Part shown: positions 1 through 12,033 of the stretch, in pieces
How positions within the stretch are numbered: position 1 is the stretch's first letter
Layout of the letters: every line of letters starts with the position of its first letter
NCBI GenBank assembly: GCA_951406725.2
Contig: OX597829.1
Location: 27,280,001 to 27,344,000, forward strand
Length of the DNA: 64,000 bases
Direction: 5' to 3'
Source of the DNA: Octopus vulgaris
Lineage: Eukaryota
The notes under the pieces: generated by a model
What the model saw: only the letters and a program-made list of their open reading frames with translations
The model's database searches: none
What the model was told of the DNA's origin: nothing
Position numbers and translations under genes: made by a program

Positions 1-58
1 GTGAGTATGTGTGTATGTATGTATGTATGTATGTATGTATGTATTTATTTATTTATTT

Positions 59-205
59 ATTTACGTCCACGTAACTTAGCGGTTCTGCAAAAGAGACTGA
101 TAGAATAAGTACTAGGCTTACAAAGAATAAGTCATGGGGTCGATTTGCTTGACTAAAGGCGGTGCTCCAGCATGGCCACAGTCATATGACTGAAACAAGT
201 AAAAG
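59..205 (+). mobile_element. SINE family A, 3' half
   Basis: gtaacttagcggttc...aagaataagtc...ggtgctccagcatggcc.cagtca.atgactgaaacaagtaaaag, shared with the other family A copies. Confidence 0.85.
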
Positions 206-593
206 TGTATACATATACACATACACATATAAATGCACACACACACACACACACATACACATATAAATGCGCGCGCGTGAACAAACACACACACACACAC
301 ACACACACACAAGATAGATATGAAAATATTTCAATAACTTCATCTGAGGATATGGTTTGATTCGTTAGGATCATTTAAACAACTGTAATAACAAACTTAA
401 AAATACCAATTATTTTTCTGTTATTATTTCCACTATATGTGGCTCCTTTTTTTTTACATTACAACCCGAATCCAAATTCATGCCACTTGATACAATACGT
501 TTTTAGGAATATGGGAGTATAATGTGGATCAAATATTAAGCCCCAAATTGTTTGGTAACTTATCATGCATTTTAGCAGATCACTAAACATTGT

Positions 594-655
594 TTTATTA
601 GATATATATATATATATAAAGATATATATACTCATTTGTATTGAGTACTTTTATT
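594..655 (-). terminator. Candidate polyadenylation signals (AATAAA at 655-650 and 599-594) for MORN3
   Basis: Two AATAAA hexamers on the minus strand ~110-170 nt after the stop; the region is AT-rich so chance matches are possible. Confidence 0.4.
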
Positions 656-767
656 TCTTATTTATATATTCAGATGTGTAAGTGTGTATGTATGTGTGTG
701 TGTATGTGTACATGCAGTTTTAATGTGATGTTTAAATTACAGTATAAGTAAGAAAATGTCCTCAGTG

Positions 768-836
768 TTATTCATATTCGGGTAGAAAGCTTTTTTCAGA
801 AGCTATAAGAATGGTATCTGCATCTTTCACTTCAAC
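768..836 (-). CDS. MORN3: MORN3 terminal coding exon 5 (69 nt including TAA)
   Basis: Acceptor ccttttgcAG; VEVKDADTILIASEKSFLPEYE*. Exon lengths sum to 726 nt = 241 aa + stop, close to the ~240 aa of vertebrate MORN3. Confidence 0.85.
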   Translation of the reverse strand, partial: VEVKDADTILIASEKSFLPEYE

Positions 837-861
837 CTGCAAAAGGATAACAAGCAGACAA

Positions 862-931
<70 letters not shown>

Positions 932-1799
932 AACTTTAATAATTTTATTTAAAAAAATATATCCACACTTGATTCTACATTACTCCATTCCACTTAACCT
1001 GTGATAGGCTGGTGCCTTAGCCTCATGAAGGCTTATTTCTCATCTTCTCTGTTGTGTTTCTATATACAACACTATATTCTACATTGACACAGTCCACCTA
1101 GGCACCAGAAATATATACCAGGTTGATCTTTTGAGACTAGTTACAATTAAACCCTTTATTATTATCATCATTTAGTTTCTGTTTTCCATTCACTACTCAA
1201 CACAAGTCATAAATTTCAAGCTAAGATGCAGTTTTTTCATATTTGTTTAGTATGGAAGAAGGACTGACTGTGTCTTCACAGATCATCTGTGACCGGTGAG
1301 ATTGACATAAATAATTGTTTCTCTTGAATTTTTAGTTGCAAGGTTAACAAGTACAGCAAAAGTATGAGCAGGAGTGGATTTCCAGAGGACAGATGTTCTG
1401 GATGGAAGGGTTTGAATGTTCTGGTCTGGGTAGGGCCTGTGAGCAGAGTTGGGGTAGATACATACATTATGGATAACTAGAAGAGGAAAGATGAATGAAT
1501 CAAAAGTGTTTGAATGGAGGCTGTATGAGACCAGTCAGCTCTGAGGAGCAGAGGTCATTATAGTGAAGGAAACAGGACATCTGTGGGCCAAAGGTTGGAG
1601 TGAGGTGGCTTGTGATTTCATGCAAATAAGTTGGGTGAACTTTACAGAGTATAGTCTAGGATGGCTATTGAGTGTAGCAACAGTGCCTGCTCAGAAATGG
1701 GAGTAATAGTCTTCCTGTGTTGGTCTCATCTTAGTCAGGTAGGAAGACAGTGCATGATTCTAGAACATTTAGAGTATTTACAAATGAAAATATTTAGAA

Positions 1800-2000
1800 G
1801 GTGGTGAGCTGGCAGAAATGTTAGCATGCTGGGCAAAATGCTGAGAGGTCTTATGTTCTGAGTTCAAATTCTGCCGAGGTCGACTTTGCTTTTCATCTTT
1901 TCATATCAATAAATTAAGTACCAGTTGCGTACTGGGTTGATCTAATCGACTGGCCTCCTCCCCCAAAATTTCGGGCCTTGTGCCAAGAATAGAAAAGAAT
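1800..2000 (+). mobile_element. SINE family B (GGCGGCGAGCTGGCAGAA head) with target-site duplication
   Basis: A/B-box-like head (gagctggcagaa ... gagttcaaattc); TSD AATATTTAGAA at 1789-1799 and 1998-2008. Confidence 0.9.
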
Positions 2001-2220
2001 ATTTAGAAAATTCTAATAATCATGATATAGAGTGATTTTATGTCACTTACGAATATTGCATAACAGTGGCATTTAATAGGCACTTTGAGTGCCTTTAGTA
2101 GTGTCCTTTCTGTTGCAAACATTCTAAATATCCTAAATGTTCTAGAATCATGCATCTTGCAACAGAAAGGACACTACTAAAGGCACTCATAGTACCTACG
2201 AAACACCACTGTTACAGAAT

Positions 2221-2686
2221 GACTGGCATCCGTTGCTAGTGGAGCACTAAGAGTACCATAAGAGTGAGATCGTTGCCAGAGCAACAAGCTGGCCTCCGTG
2301 CCGATGGCACATTAAAAATACCATTCGAGCGTGATGATTACCTGCATCGCCTTACTAGCACTTGTGCTGGTGGCACGTGAAAAAAAACATTCGAGCAAGG
2401 TCATTGCCAGTGCCGCTGGACTGGCTCCTGTGCAGGTGGCACATAAAAAGCACCATTTGAGCATGGCCATTGCCAGTACCACCTAACTGGCCCTCATGCC
2501 GGTGGCACGTAAAAGCAGCCACTACACTCTCAGAGTGGTTGGCGTTAGGAAGAGCATCCAGCTGTAGAAACTCTGCCAGATCAGATTGGAGTCTGGTGTA
2601 GCCATCTGGTTCACCAGATCTCAGTCAATCCATCCAACCCATGCTAGCATGGAAAGCAGACGTTAAACAATGATGATGATGATGAT
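2221..2686 (+). mobile_element. 3' UTR fragment of the RTE LINE with a ~65-bp tandem array and (GAT)n tail
   Basis: Same sequence as the 3' ends of the RT-coding copies at 7930-8381 and 23530-23803. Confidence 0.85.
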
Positions 2687-3715
2687 TTAGAATCATTCTA
2701 TAACATGATTATTAAAGAAATTTTCTAAATATTTTCATTTGTAGATATTCTTAATGTTTTAGAATTGTGCACTGTCTTTCTACCTAACTTAGGTGAGACC
2801 AACACAGGAAGATCATTACTCCTATTGCTAGAACCTTGTGGTCATTGTAATAAGTGTTTAGTAGTTGTTAGGAGTTGAAGTATTTTCTGGATCTAAAGAA
2901 GAAGGTCAGTATTTGTCATGTAGTTTTAAATATATATTTGAGGATGCATGATCTTCAGTGACAGTGGAACTCTAGCATTTGTAGTAATTCTGAAGTTTTC
3001 AGCTGTATGTTGCTCATGTTTAAGGGTGGATGTAGTATATGTAATGTGATTATGTCTTTGTGCTGCTATTGAAGAAAACAAGAATGACGTGATCTCATTG
3101 GAGAATATAAGTTTTGAAATTTATGCACATGTAGGCAGTGTTGGTTTGGTATGTGGTGTCTCAACACGATTTGTTGTTAGTTTTTTTTTTGTGTGTTTTG
3201 CTTCAGATATTTGGGAATTTTCTCTTTGTTGCATTCACTGTAATATCATCTCACATTGAGGTGCAAACAAGCCAAAGTTGAGGACCCTTGCAGTGTGTAA
3301 CCAATTGACCTGCTAGAAGTAATATCCAAAGATCTCCTTCCATCTTTAAAAAAAGCAGAAAATATTGATGAACAGTGTTGTATTATCTGCACAAGAGTAA
3401 GCATTACTGGAGGTGACAGTAATAACTAGGTTGTTAATGTATAAAAGAAAGAATACAGAACAAAACTAGACTTTGAGGCAAACTGGATGTGTTAGAATGT
3501 CGGTCAGCAACAGTTCCATGTGCATACAACTCTATAATCTAACAAGAAGCCACTGACCCAAGATGTGAGACACAGATGGAGCCCCCATGCCGAAAAAGTA
3601 TATCAAAAGATATCACATATGCAAATAAATATAAAGTATACCAACAAAAAGAGTATTACAACAAATATAACAAATTAACAATTAGACTCACTATAACAGA
3701 ACGGAGATCCTAAAA

Positions 3716-4040
3716 CCAAGGTGCCACATAAAAACTGTTGGTGTAGGTGCTGGTGTCACATAAAAAGCACTGGTGATGGTGCCATGTAAAAATCATAGGT
3801 GATGGTGTTACATAAAAAGCACTGGTGATGGTGCTATGTAAAATGCACCCAGTACACTCTGTAAAGCAGTTGGCATTAGGAAGAGCATCCAGCTGTAGAA
3901 ACCAAGCCAAAACAGTCTATGGAACCTGGTGCGATCCCAGGCATTGCTGGTTCATGTTAAGTAATCCAGCCCATGCTAACATGGAAAACAGACATTAAAT
4001 GTTGTTGGTGGTGGTGATAATGATGATCATAATGATGATA
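3716..4040 (+). mobile_element. RTE LINE 3' end variant with a ~25-bp tandem array
   Basis: Repeats of GGTGCCACATAAAAAGCACTGGTGAT, then ggcattaggaagagcatccagctgtagaaa and a (GAT)-like tail. Confidence 0.7.
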
Positions 4041-4383
4041 TATGAAAAAAAATCATGTGGTTGTTGGTTTGGTTGTTTTGTTCACAAGATGGTTGGTAAT
4101 TATATTTCATATTTTAGTTAGATAGGAAGACAGTGCATTACTACAGAAGAACCTCCAAAACTATGTGTGTGAGAGGAAGGAAGGGAGGGAGGTATCTTCA
4201 AACAAGTGATGTGTCTCAAATGTTTGCAAGAGAAAGGTGTTTCTTGTATAGTCCTTTCCGTTGCAGGCAAAACTATAGCTAAAATCTAACCTGCCTTTTT
4301 GCAGTTAAATGACATATGGTCATATGTCATATAGGCTATCAAAAAATATATTATATGATGGAATATCAAATATAAAATATTAC

Positions 4384-4568
4384 CGGAGGTATAGGATATT
4401 TAGTTGGGTAAGGAGCACTGTCTCTACTGAAATCAATCATTGTTCCACACTTTGGTATGTCATCAACCCAAACACCTTCATACAATTGGCCAGAGTCAAG
4501 AAAGAAGAACTTTCCTCTGCCGTTTTTCATGTCTTTTTGCCACATGCCTTCATAACGGTTTTCATTTG
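4384..4568 (-). CDS. MORN3: MORN3 coding exon 4 (185 nt)
   Basis: Acceptor ttttgtAG; (A)NENRYEGMWQKDMKNGRGKFFFLDSGQLYEGVWVDDIPKCGTMIDFSRDSAPYPTKYPIPP includes the MORN3-typical KCGTMIDF.R..AP.PT..PIP motif; phase-0 donor GTAATA. Confidence 0.95.
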
Positions 4569-5727
4569 CTACAAAACAATAAACAGAAGACCTAACAAAT
4601 TTAGAGTTAATTAACAATAACAACAAGGACCACAACATTGTACAACATTCAGAATATTTATAAATGAAAATATTTAGAAAACTTCTCTGATAATCATGAT
4701 CTAGAGAGATCTTAAGACAATTACAAATATTCTGTAACAGTGGTTACCAACCGTTTTAATGCTTTATACCCCTAGGAAGAATTTTATTACAAAACTAATA
4801 TCACTGAAAAAATTGAAGAAAATAAAAAAGGTGCGAATACAGTGCATAAAATGTAAATGTAAATTGATCAATTAGTAAAAAAAATATGTTAAACAGTAAA
4901 ATCAATCTCAATTGTGAAGATAAATTCAATGACTTCTTTGTTTTGGCTTATAAATTCTGATTTTATCAAATCATGGATCTTTCTTAGGCTTGACTGTGGA
5001 TTCAGGATATTTTTAGATTTTGTCTTGATTAATAAAAGACAATTGAATCCATGTTCACATAAGTATGTCATCTTAAATACAATGAAGATACGGTTATGGT
5101 CATAATCTTTTAACAATTAAACCTACATTTAAAGTTCTTAGTGTGCTTAGTAGAATAAAAGTATTCTTAAGAGTGACTTAGTAATTTTATTCTAGAAAGT
5201 AATTATAATACAGTATACACACTATATACTTTGCTCTTTGTTGCACACCTCAAAATATCATCTCAGATCCTCCGGCAATGCAAATAGTTAGGAACTTCAT
5301 GTAGTCATTCGACCTGCTAGAAGTGATACCCAATTATATCTTCCTGTCTTTAAAAAAGGGATAATACATCGGATAATGTAGTCAACTGTGTTAAAGAAAT
5401 AAGAAAAGATGGTCATGGCTTGAATGCTTTTGACCCTAGGTTTCAGCCAGTCAGTGCCATCATGGGGCAACAACTACAGTACCAACTAAATGTCTTGAAA
5501 ATGAAAGAATTATTTGGACAAGATTCTTGAAAATAAAAATGTTTGTGTGTATGTGTGTGTGTGTGTGCATGTATGTGAGTGTGGAGAGTATGTGTTGTCT
5601 ATTGTTTGAGTCTAGCGTGCATATGTATATGTGTGCACATGCATCTGTGTGTGTGTGTGTGTGTTTCAATGAATGTGGGTGTTTGAATGTGTATGTGTTG
5701 TGCATGTGTAGAGTAAATGTGTTTATG

Positions 5728-6612
5728 TGCAAAGGTAACCAGAAATGACCTCTGAGGGACAAACTCATCGTAGTTCAGGCTTCCATCACTAGAAGTCACT
5801 CGATGTGACTCTCAGGCATCAGTCTGCTGACCAGCATTGTTCAGTTAGGTCATACTGCTATGTGGTGCATCTTTGCTTTGCAGTACTTCTCCCCTGTTTG
5901 TCAATTTTTGCAATGGCTGAAACGAAGGAACAGTGTGCTTCCATGAAATTCTGTTTTCTGCTGGGGAAAACGGCAGCTGAAACATTTGTCATGCTTCAAA
6001 CAGCTTATAAGGCTGCTGCCATGATCAAAACACTAGTTTATGAATGGTTTCCATGCTTTAGGAATGGGCACTTGTTGCTTGAGGACCAACCTTATTCAGG
6101 GTGATCGCTGACCTACTGATGGATTGAAAACATCGTGAAAATTCACGAACTGATATTGGAGGACTGTCACTGAACTGTTGACAAACTTGTTGATATGACT
6201 GCTTGTCCTGGATCTCCTGCCAATGAATTTTGAACAAGGAATTATGAATGGAAAGAGTTGCAGTAAAATTTGTGTCTTGCTTGCTCATGGAAGATCAAAA
6301 GCAGTCATGATTGATTGTGTGTCTTGAACTGAAAGAACAATTGGAAGTTGATCAGACCTTTCTTTTTTTGGAGGTCATCACTGGTGATGAAAGCTGGTGC
6401 TACAGAATTTGCAGATGTGGAAGAGGTAAAGAAAAAAAATGATGAACGTGCAAAAATCATTACTTTGCTAGAGTTTCAGGACTGCTTCAGGCAGCAGAAA
6501 ATGTGTCTGGACTGATGCATTGCTTCAAATGGAGAATACTTTGAAGGTGATGTAAAACTAAGTTAATAAAATAATATTGCCAAATTCCAGTTTCTTTTGG
6601 GTACTTCCTCGT
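5728..6612 (+). mobile_element. Internally deleted, decayed mariner element
   Basis: Transposase N-terminal HTH MAETKEQCASMKFCFLLGKTAAETFVML...YEWF..FRNG...LEDQP.SG, later VITGDESW; 3' TIR-like end tttcttttgggtacttcctcgTA; the 5' boundary is approximate. Confidence 0.8.
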
Positions 6613-6803
6613 ATGTGTGTAGCGTGTGTGCATATATGTGGTTCCAGGTTCAGTTCCACTGCATGGCATCCTAGGCAAGTGGCTCCTACAATAGCCTTGG
6701 GCCAACCAAAGCCTTGAGAGTGTATATATATCATCAATGTATCGTATATTGGAAAAAGAACTATACTCTAAAGTACAGAGCAGTAATGTATGTATATATA
6801 TAT

Positions 6804-8381
6804 GGGAAAAGCACCACAGATGCTATATTTCTGGTAAGACAGCTGCAGGAGAAATACTTAGCCAAAGATAAACCTCTGTATCTGGCTTTTGTTGACATGG
6901 AGAAAGCCTTTGACAGGGTCCCCCAATCCCTTATCTGGTGGTCAATGAGGAAACTAGCGATAGATGAATGGTTAGTGAGAGCTGTGCAAGCCATGTACAT
7001 GGACGCTGTCAGTAAGGTGAGGGTTGGCAACGAGTACAGGTAGAAGTGGGGTCTACCAAGGTTCAGTCCTCAGCTCCCTCCTATTTATCAAAGTTCTCAA
7101 GGAGCTCCCCTATGCTGATGACCTTACTCTAATTGCTGAGTCACTATCAGAACTAGAGAAGTTTCAGGTGTGGAAGGAAGGATTAGAATTGAAGGGCCTT
7201 AGAGTCAACCTAGCTAAAACCAAAGTCCTAATAAGTAGGAAGGCAGACAAACCACAAATCTCTTCAGGTAGATGGCCCTGCTTAATCTGTAGAAAAGGCG
7301 TAGGTAGAAACTTTATAAGATGTACCCAGTGTAAGCTATGGACACATAAGAGGTGCAGCAATATCAAAGGAAGGCTAACTAGGAAGATAGCTTTTGTATG
7401 TGGCAGATGCTCAGGAGCAATAAACGTTTAAAATGTGCAGAGAACAACTTATGCCACATTCCAGGGAGAAAAACAAGAAGTAGTTGATAGCTTCTGTTAC
7501 CTAGGTGACCAAGTCAGTAGCAGGGATTGGTGCTCTGAAAGTGTAGCTGCTAGAATAAGAATAGCCTGGGCAAAGTTCAGAGAGCTCTTACCTCTGCTGG
7601 ATGAGGATACCTGTGTGAAAAAGTATCACACCCTAGTGGTTGAGGGAACCTGTGGAAGAGGTAGACCCAGGAAGACCTGGGATGAGGTGGTGGAGCACAA
7701 ACTTTGAACATTAGGCCTCACCAAGGCAATGACTGATGACTGAGACCTTTGGAAATATGCTGTGCTTGAGAAGACCCAGCAAGCCAAGTGAGACAATAAT
7801 CCGTGGCCTATGCCAGGGGTGTAACCAGCTCACTTATGCATACCTTTCCTTCATTGGACACTAAACTCTGCTTGCAAAGACCTGTTGAGCAAGTGAAATC
7901 AAAATCAAATTCTATGACAGTACCACATGACTGGCATCCATGCTAGTGGAGTGCTAAGAGCACCATCCGAGCGTGATCATTGCCAAGGCCGCTGACTGGC
8001 TCCCATGCTGGTGGCACATAAAAAGCACCATTCGAGCATGATTGTTACCAGTGTCACCTTACTGGCACTTGTGCCAGTAGCATGTGAAAAACAACATTTG
8101 AGTGAGGTTGTTGCCAGTGTTGCTGGACTGGCTCCTGTGCAGGTGGGATGTGTGGCCGTTGCCAGTACCACCTGACTGGCCCTTAAGCTGGTGGCACGTA
8201 AAAGCACCCACTACACTCTCGGAGTGGTTGGCATTAGGAAGGGCATCCAGCTGTAGAAACTCTGCCAGATCAGGTTTGGAGCCTGGTGCAGCCATCTAGC
8301 TTGCCAGTCCTCAGTCAAACCGTTCAACCCATGCCAGCATGGGAAGCGAATGTTAAATGAACATCATGATGATGATGATGA
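6804..8381 (+). mobile_element. 5'-truncated RTE-clade LINE (RT with PHD insert) in MORN3 intron 3
   Basis: GKSTTDAIF..RQLQEK...AFVDMEKAFDRVP, QGSVLS, YADD, VDSFCYLG, GRGRPRKTW; frameshifted, with a ~270-bp internal deletion near 7600; (GAT)n tail. Confidence 0.93.
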
Positions 8382-8387
8382 TATATA

Positions 8388-8455
<68 letters not shown>

Positions 8456-8649
8456 TAGACACACACAACAACTTATGGTTTTTCATAGGTTTCATCTATG
8501 GTTGGCCTGGAGCTATAGTAAAAAAAACTTGCCCGAGGTACTAAGCAGTGGTAGTGAACCCAGAACCATGTAGTTGGGAAGAAAACTTCTTACCATACAA
8601 CCATGCCTATGCCTATATAGTTAAATATTTTAGAGAAAAACCATCTCAC

Positions 8650-8809
8650 CTAAGCGCAACATGCCTTGTCCATTTCTCATGTCATCATACCATTCTCCTT
8701 CATAAATACCGCCATCATTATAATACATCCGACCCCAGCCACTCCTTTTGCCACAATACCATTCACCTTCATAATATTCATCTGAATGGTAAAAATGGGA
8801 ACCGTATCC
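8650..8809 (-). CDS. MORN3: MORN3 coding exon 3 (160 nt)
   Basis: Acceptor tttctcAG; GYGSHFYHSDEYYEGEWYCGKRSGWGRMYYNDGGIYEGEWYDDMRNGQGMLRL; phase-1 donor G|GTGAGA. Confidence 0.95.
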
Positions 8810-9039
8810 CTGAGAAATAGAAATGAAAAAGAAAAAGATAAACGACAGTGAACTATTTACATAGATGTTTAGATAGTTATCATTAAACAGTTTACACACA
8901 AAAACAAAATAAAATTTTAAACTTAAATTTAATTATTCTAATTCAGTTTCTTAATAAGTTTTAATTCTAAAGATTATGAAAATTACAATTATAAAAATTC
9001 TATCACTCCTCATGAATACACCTGAAAATAATCTTTGTT

Positions 9040-9260
9040 GTTGTCACCATTTCTAATGTTCACTATCCAGTCCATGTGGTGGGCTGGATAGAGTTTATTG
9101 TGGCAGATTTTTCTGTGACCGGATGCCTTTCCTTTCACCAACCCTCACTTGTTTCCAAGCAAAGTAATATTCTCCCTTAGCCAGACATGTTCTCATAGAA
9201 TATTGCATTACAGAAATACTCATTTGCAACAATCATGTGGTGTCAAGGTAAGGAGACACA
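9040..9260 (-). mobile_element. Short retroelement tail family (second copy at ~13995-14240)
   Basis: Both sites share ggatgcc.ttcct...aaccctcac.tgtttcca..caa.gtaatatt...gccagacatgtt...tgtcaag. Confidence 0.6.
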
Positions 9261-9284
9261 AACATACACACACTCACATGCACA

Positions 9285-9645
9285 TACATACATACATATA
9301 TAGATACATACATACACACATGCAGGCATGCATACATACATACATACACACATACATACATACATACACACATACATACATGCATACATACATACATACA
9401 TACATACATACATACACACACACATACATACATACATACATACATACATACATACATACATACACACATGCATGCATGCATACATACATACATACACACA
9501 TACATACATACATACACACATACATACATGCATACATACATACATACATACATACACACATACATACATACATACATACATACATACATACACACACACA
9601 TACATACATACATACATACATACATACATACATACATACATACAC
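9285..9645. repeat. (CATA)n/(CA)n microsatellite
   Basis: Direct observation; source of the HTYI/MYVC ORFs. Confidence 0.95.
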
Positions 9646-11660
9646 CATATCATCATCAGTATCATTTGATGTTCATGCTCCGTACTAACATGAGTTAGAG
9701 AAATTTACAGGATTTGATGGGTTTAAAGACTGCATTGTACTCCAGTGTCTACTTTGGTATGGTTTCTACAACTGAATGCCCCTCCCGTCATCAAGTACTT
9801 TACGGTTTGTACTGGGTGCTTTTTTTTTCATTGCCATACAACTTGGTAGACTACAAAACCCATGAGGCCTGGATGCATTATGCTAGCAGATGAAAGAAGA
9901 GAATGGGGCAGAGCAAATTTTTGTTGTAGAGGAGCTGTGTGGCTAATCACATTTAGGGAAGAGAGCTAGACTGAGTCAGAAGGAGCTGCAAAGAGATTAA
10001 TATTGGTAGGTAGTCCCTCAAGATATATTAGGTGAGTAGAAGTGTAGGGACAAAGAAACTGGGAGTGTGAGTGTGTGGGGGATTGTAAGAGTGTATGGGG
10101 AGCAATAAATAAGGATAGAGTATGGGAGGTAGGGTGTACAACAGGCTTCTTTCAGTTTCTGTGTACTATACTCATATTTTTTCTTTCAGAACTTCAATCT
10201 CTCTACATCTTCTATAAGTGTAGTAAAAGTAACTTTCTAGGTATTATATCAGATCTGAATTCAGGGTTATATTATTCATATCACAAATCTAATGACATCC
10301 TCAATTATGTTCATAGACTATTATACCATCCCAGATTATGTTGTCAATAGATTAGGGTCTCCAATCTTTTTGTCAATGAACAGATTTTCTGAAAAAATAT
10401 GGAATGCTATAAGTTTCTTATGTGAGCCAGATACAATAATATTATTAAATTTATCCTGGACACCAAGCTTAAACTGGCTCTGAAGGGCCTAGAGGTATGG
10501 AGAATCTTCACAGTACTAGTGGTGGAAACTTACCAAATAGCTTGCCTACTCAACAAGAGTCAAATGACCTTGGAACCTGTAAGCCAACCCCAGTGGGTCA
10601 AGTGGGACAACTCACCACAGCAATGACCTGACCACCAGGCAGGATAGCACACAGCCCATCTGGCCCAGTGATGACTCCAGGCATACTAATTGTGGGAAAA
10701 CTGAGTGGATGTGTTGCAACTCTGGTTCCACATGGAGTGCAACACATTACTCAGAACAGGGCCCTTATGGCATTAAATAGAGGACCCATGACTACCACAT
10801 GGGGAGATTATCAACCATGATGGTAGACAGAAGAAGAGAAGGGGACAGGTAATTCTCATCTAATGCCAAAACCAATGTTCCCAGAAACATTTTCTAGATA
10901 TTTGCAAAAGCTTTTCTCCTTCAGTATAGATACCATAGCATTTTCAACAAGAATTCAATCAAGCTATCCACACCAAACATGGCCGGTATTATAGCTGTTT
11001 CAAATAGGCTGAAGCATGCTAGACATAATGTGTGGACTTGCTTTGGGGAAACAGTAGATTCTGAGGCTGCCCTTAGTGTTGACAACCTGGATCATGCACA
11101 CCCCAGTATCCACTCCAGGAGAACCTATGGGAGCAGGAAAGGTCACAGGACAGGCAAAACTTCCAGAAATTCCTTAGGTATGTGTGTGAATTTGGGCCCT
11201 ACACCATATATGCATTCCACCAGTCACTGCCAAACAGGAGGTGTCCAACAAACTAGTCTACCCCAAAGCCCCACCACCTGGATATAACTGCTAGACTTCT
11301 GTGGATTGCTTCCTGGGTGGGTAATGCATACTTACAAATGTTGTGTTTAAATGTGAGGTAATTACACACTAGAGTAGAAAATTCTAGCTCCCCAGCTTAC
11401 CAGTTTTCAAATGGACATTAAATGATTATGAATCACATTTTAACACTGTGAAACAATGAATTTCTATGCATAGGTACTCCTCCAACCAGAGACTTAAGCA
11501 TTCTGTTTCACTAGCTGAATATATCCATAGATTAGATGATTATAAGATTATCTGTAAACTGAATTGGTTGGTACTGGGACACAAAATACCCAACTAGAGA
11601 GGTAGATTATGTACAAGGGGATGGTTGAAGGTTATACTAGCTAATAGTAAACACCTGATT

Positions 11661-11880
11661 AGTTTAGTAGTTAGAGTTGTACTCATAATTGTATGATTGT
11701 GGTTTCAATTCTTGGCAACATGTGCTCTTGAGTAAAACTCTTCATTTCTCATTGCTCCAGTTTACTCAGCTGGCAAAAACGAGTAATCCTGCAATGGATC
11801 AGAGTCTTGTCCACTGGGGGGAAATATATACATGACACAGAATCTTGGAAACTGGCTTTATGAGTTTTTGGTTCAGGAAG
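11661..11880 (+). mobile_element. SINE family C (tRNA head; CORE/V-like central region)
   Basis: cttgagtaaaactcttcatttc..ttgctccagt.tactcagctggcaaaaa...cctgcaatgga; homologous copies at ~17916-18150 (-) and ~32470-32640 (+). Confidence 0.7.
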
Positions 11881-12033
11881 GAGCCACAAATTCGTAAAGC
11901 CATAGTTGTCACTGTCATGGTCATGTCTGCTTAGATATGGGAAAGTGTAACTTCGAACTTCTGTGATTTGTTTGTTTGTCTTCTGCTGTATTGCGCCGCT
12001 GATGATGTTGATAATTTGCCTAATGGGAATATA

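Larger units (their letters stand above)
1699..2822. mobile_element. Foldback (long inverted repeat) element interrupted by a SINE and a LINE tail
   Basis: 1699-1798 plus 2001-2118 is reverse-complementary to 2157-2220 plus 2686-2822; a further partial copy lies at ~4640-4743. Confidence 0.75.

Noticed and set aside
2221-2520. Repeat-spacer appearance resembling a CRISPR array
   Set aside because: The linkers are homologous to one another, the array is part of a LINE 3' UTR, the context is eukaryotic and there are no cas genes.
4738-5301. hAT-like termini (CAGTGGTTACCAAC ... GTTAGGAACTTCATG); similar start near 19181
   Set aside because: TIR match is weak and I could not identify an 8-bp TSD.
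7111-7122. CTGATGA hammerhead-like heptamer (also near 22420)
   Set aside because: These are the codons of the RT YADD motif (tat gct gat gac), with no matching stems or GAAA/UH.
10490-11330. GC-richer block with a 102-aa ORF (10979-11287)
   Set aside because: No recognisable domain or splice pattern; probably an old repeat that I cannot classify.
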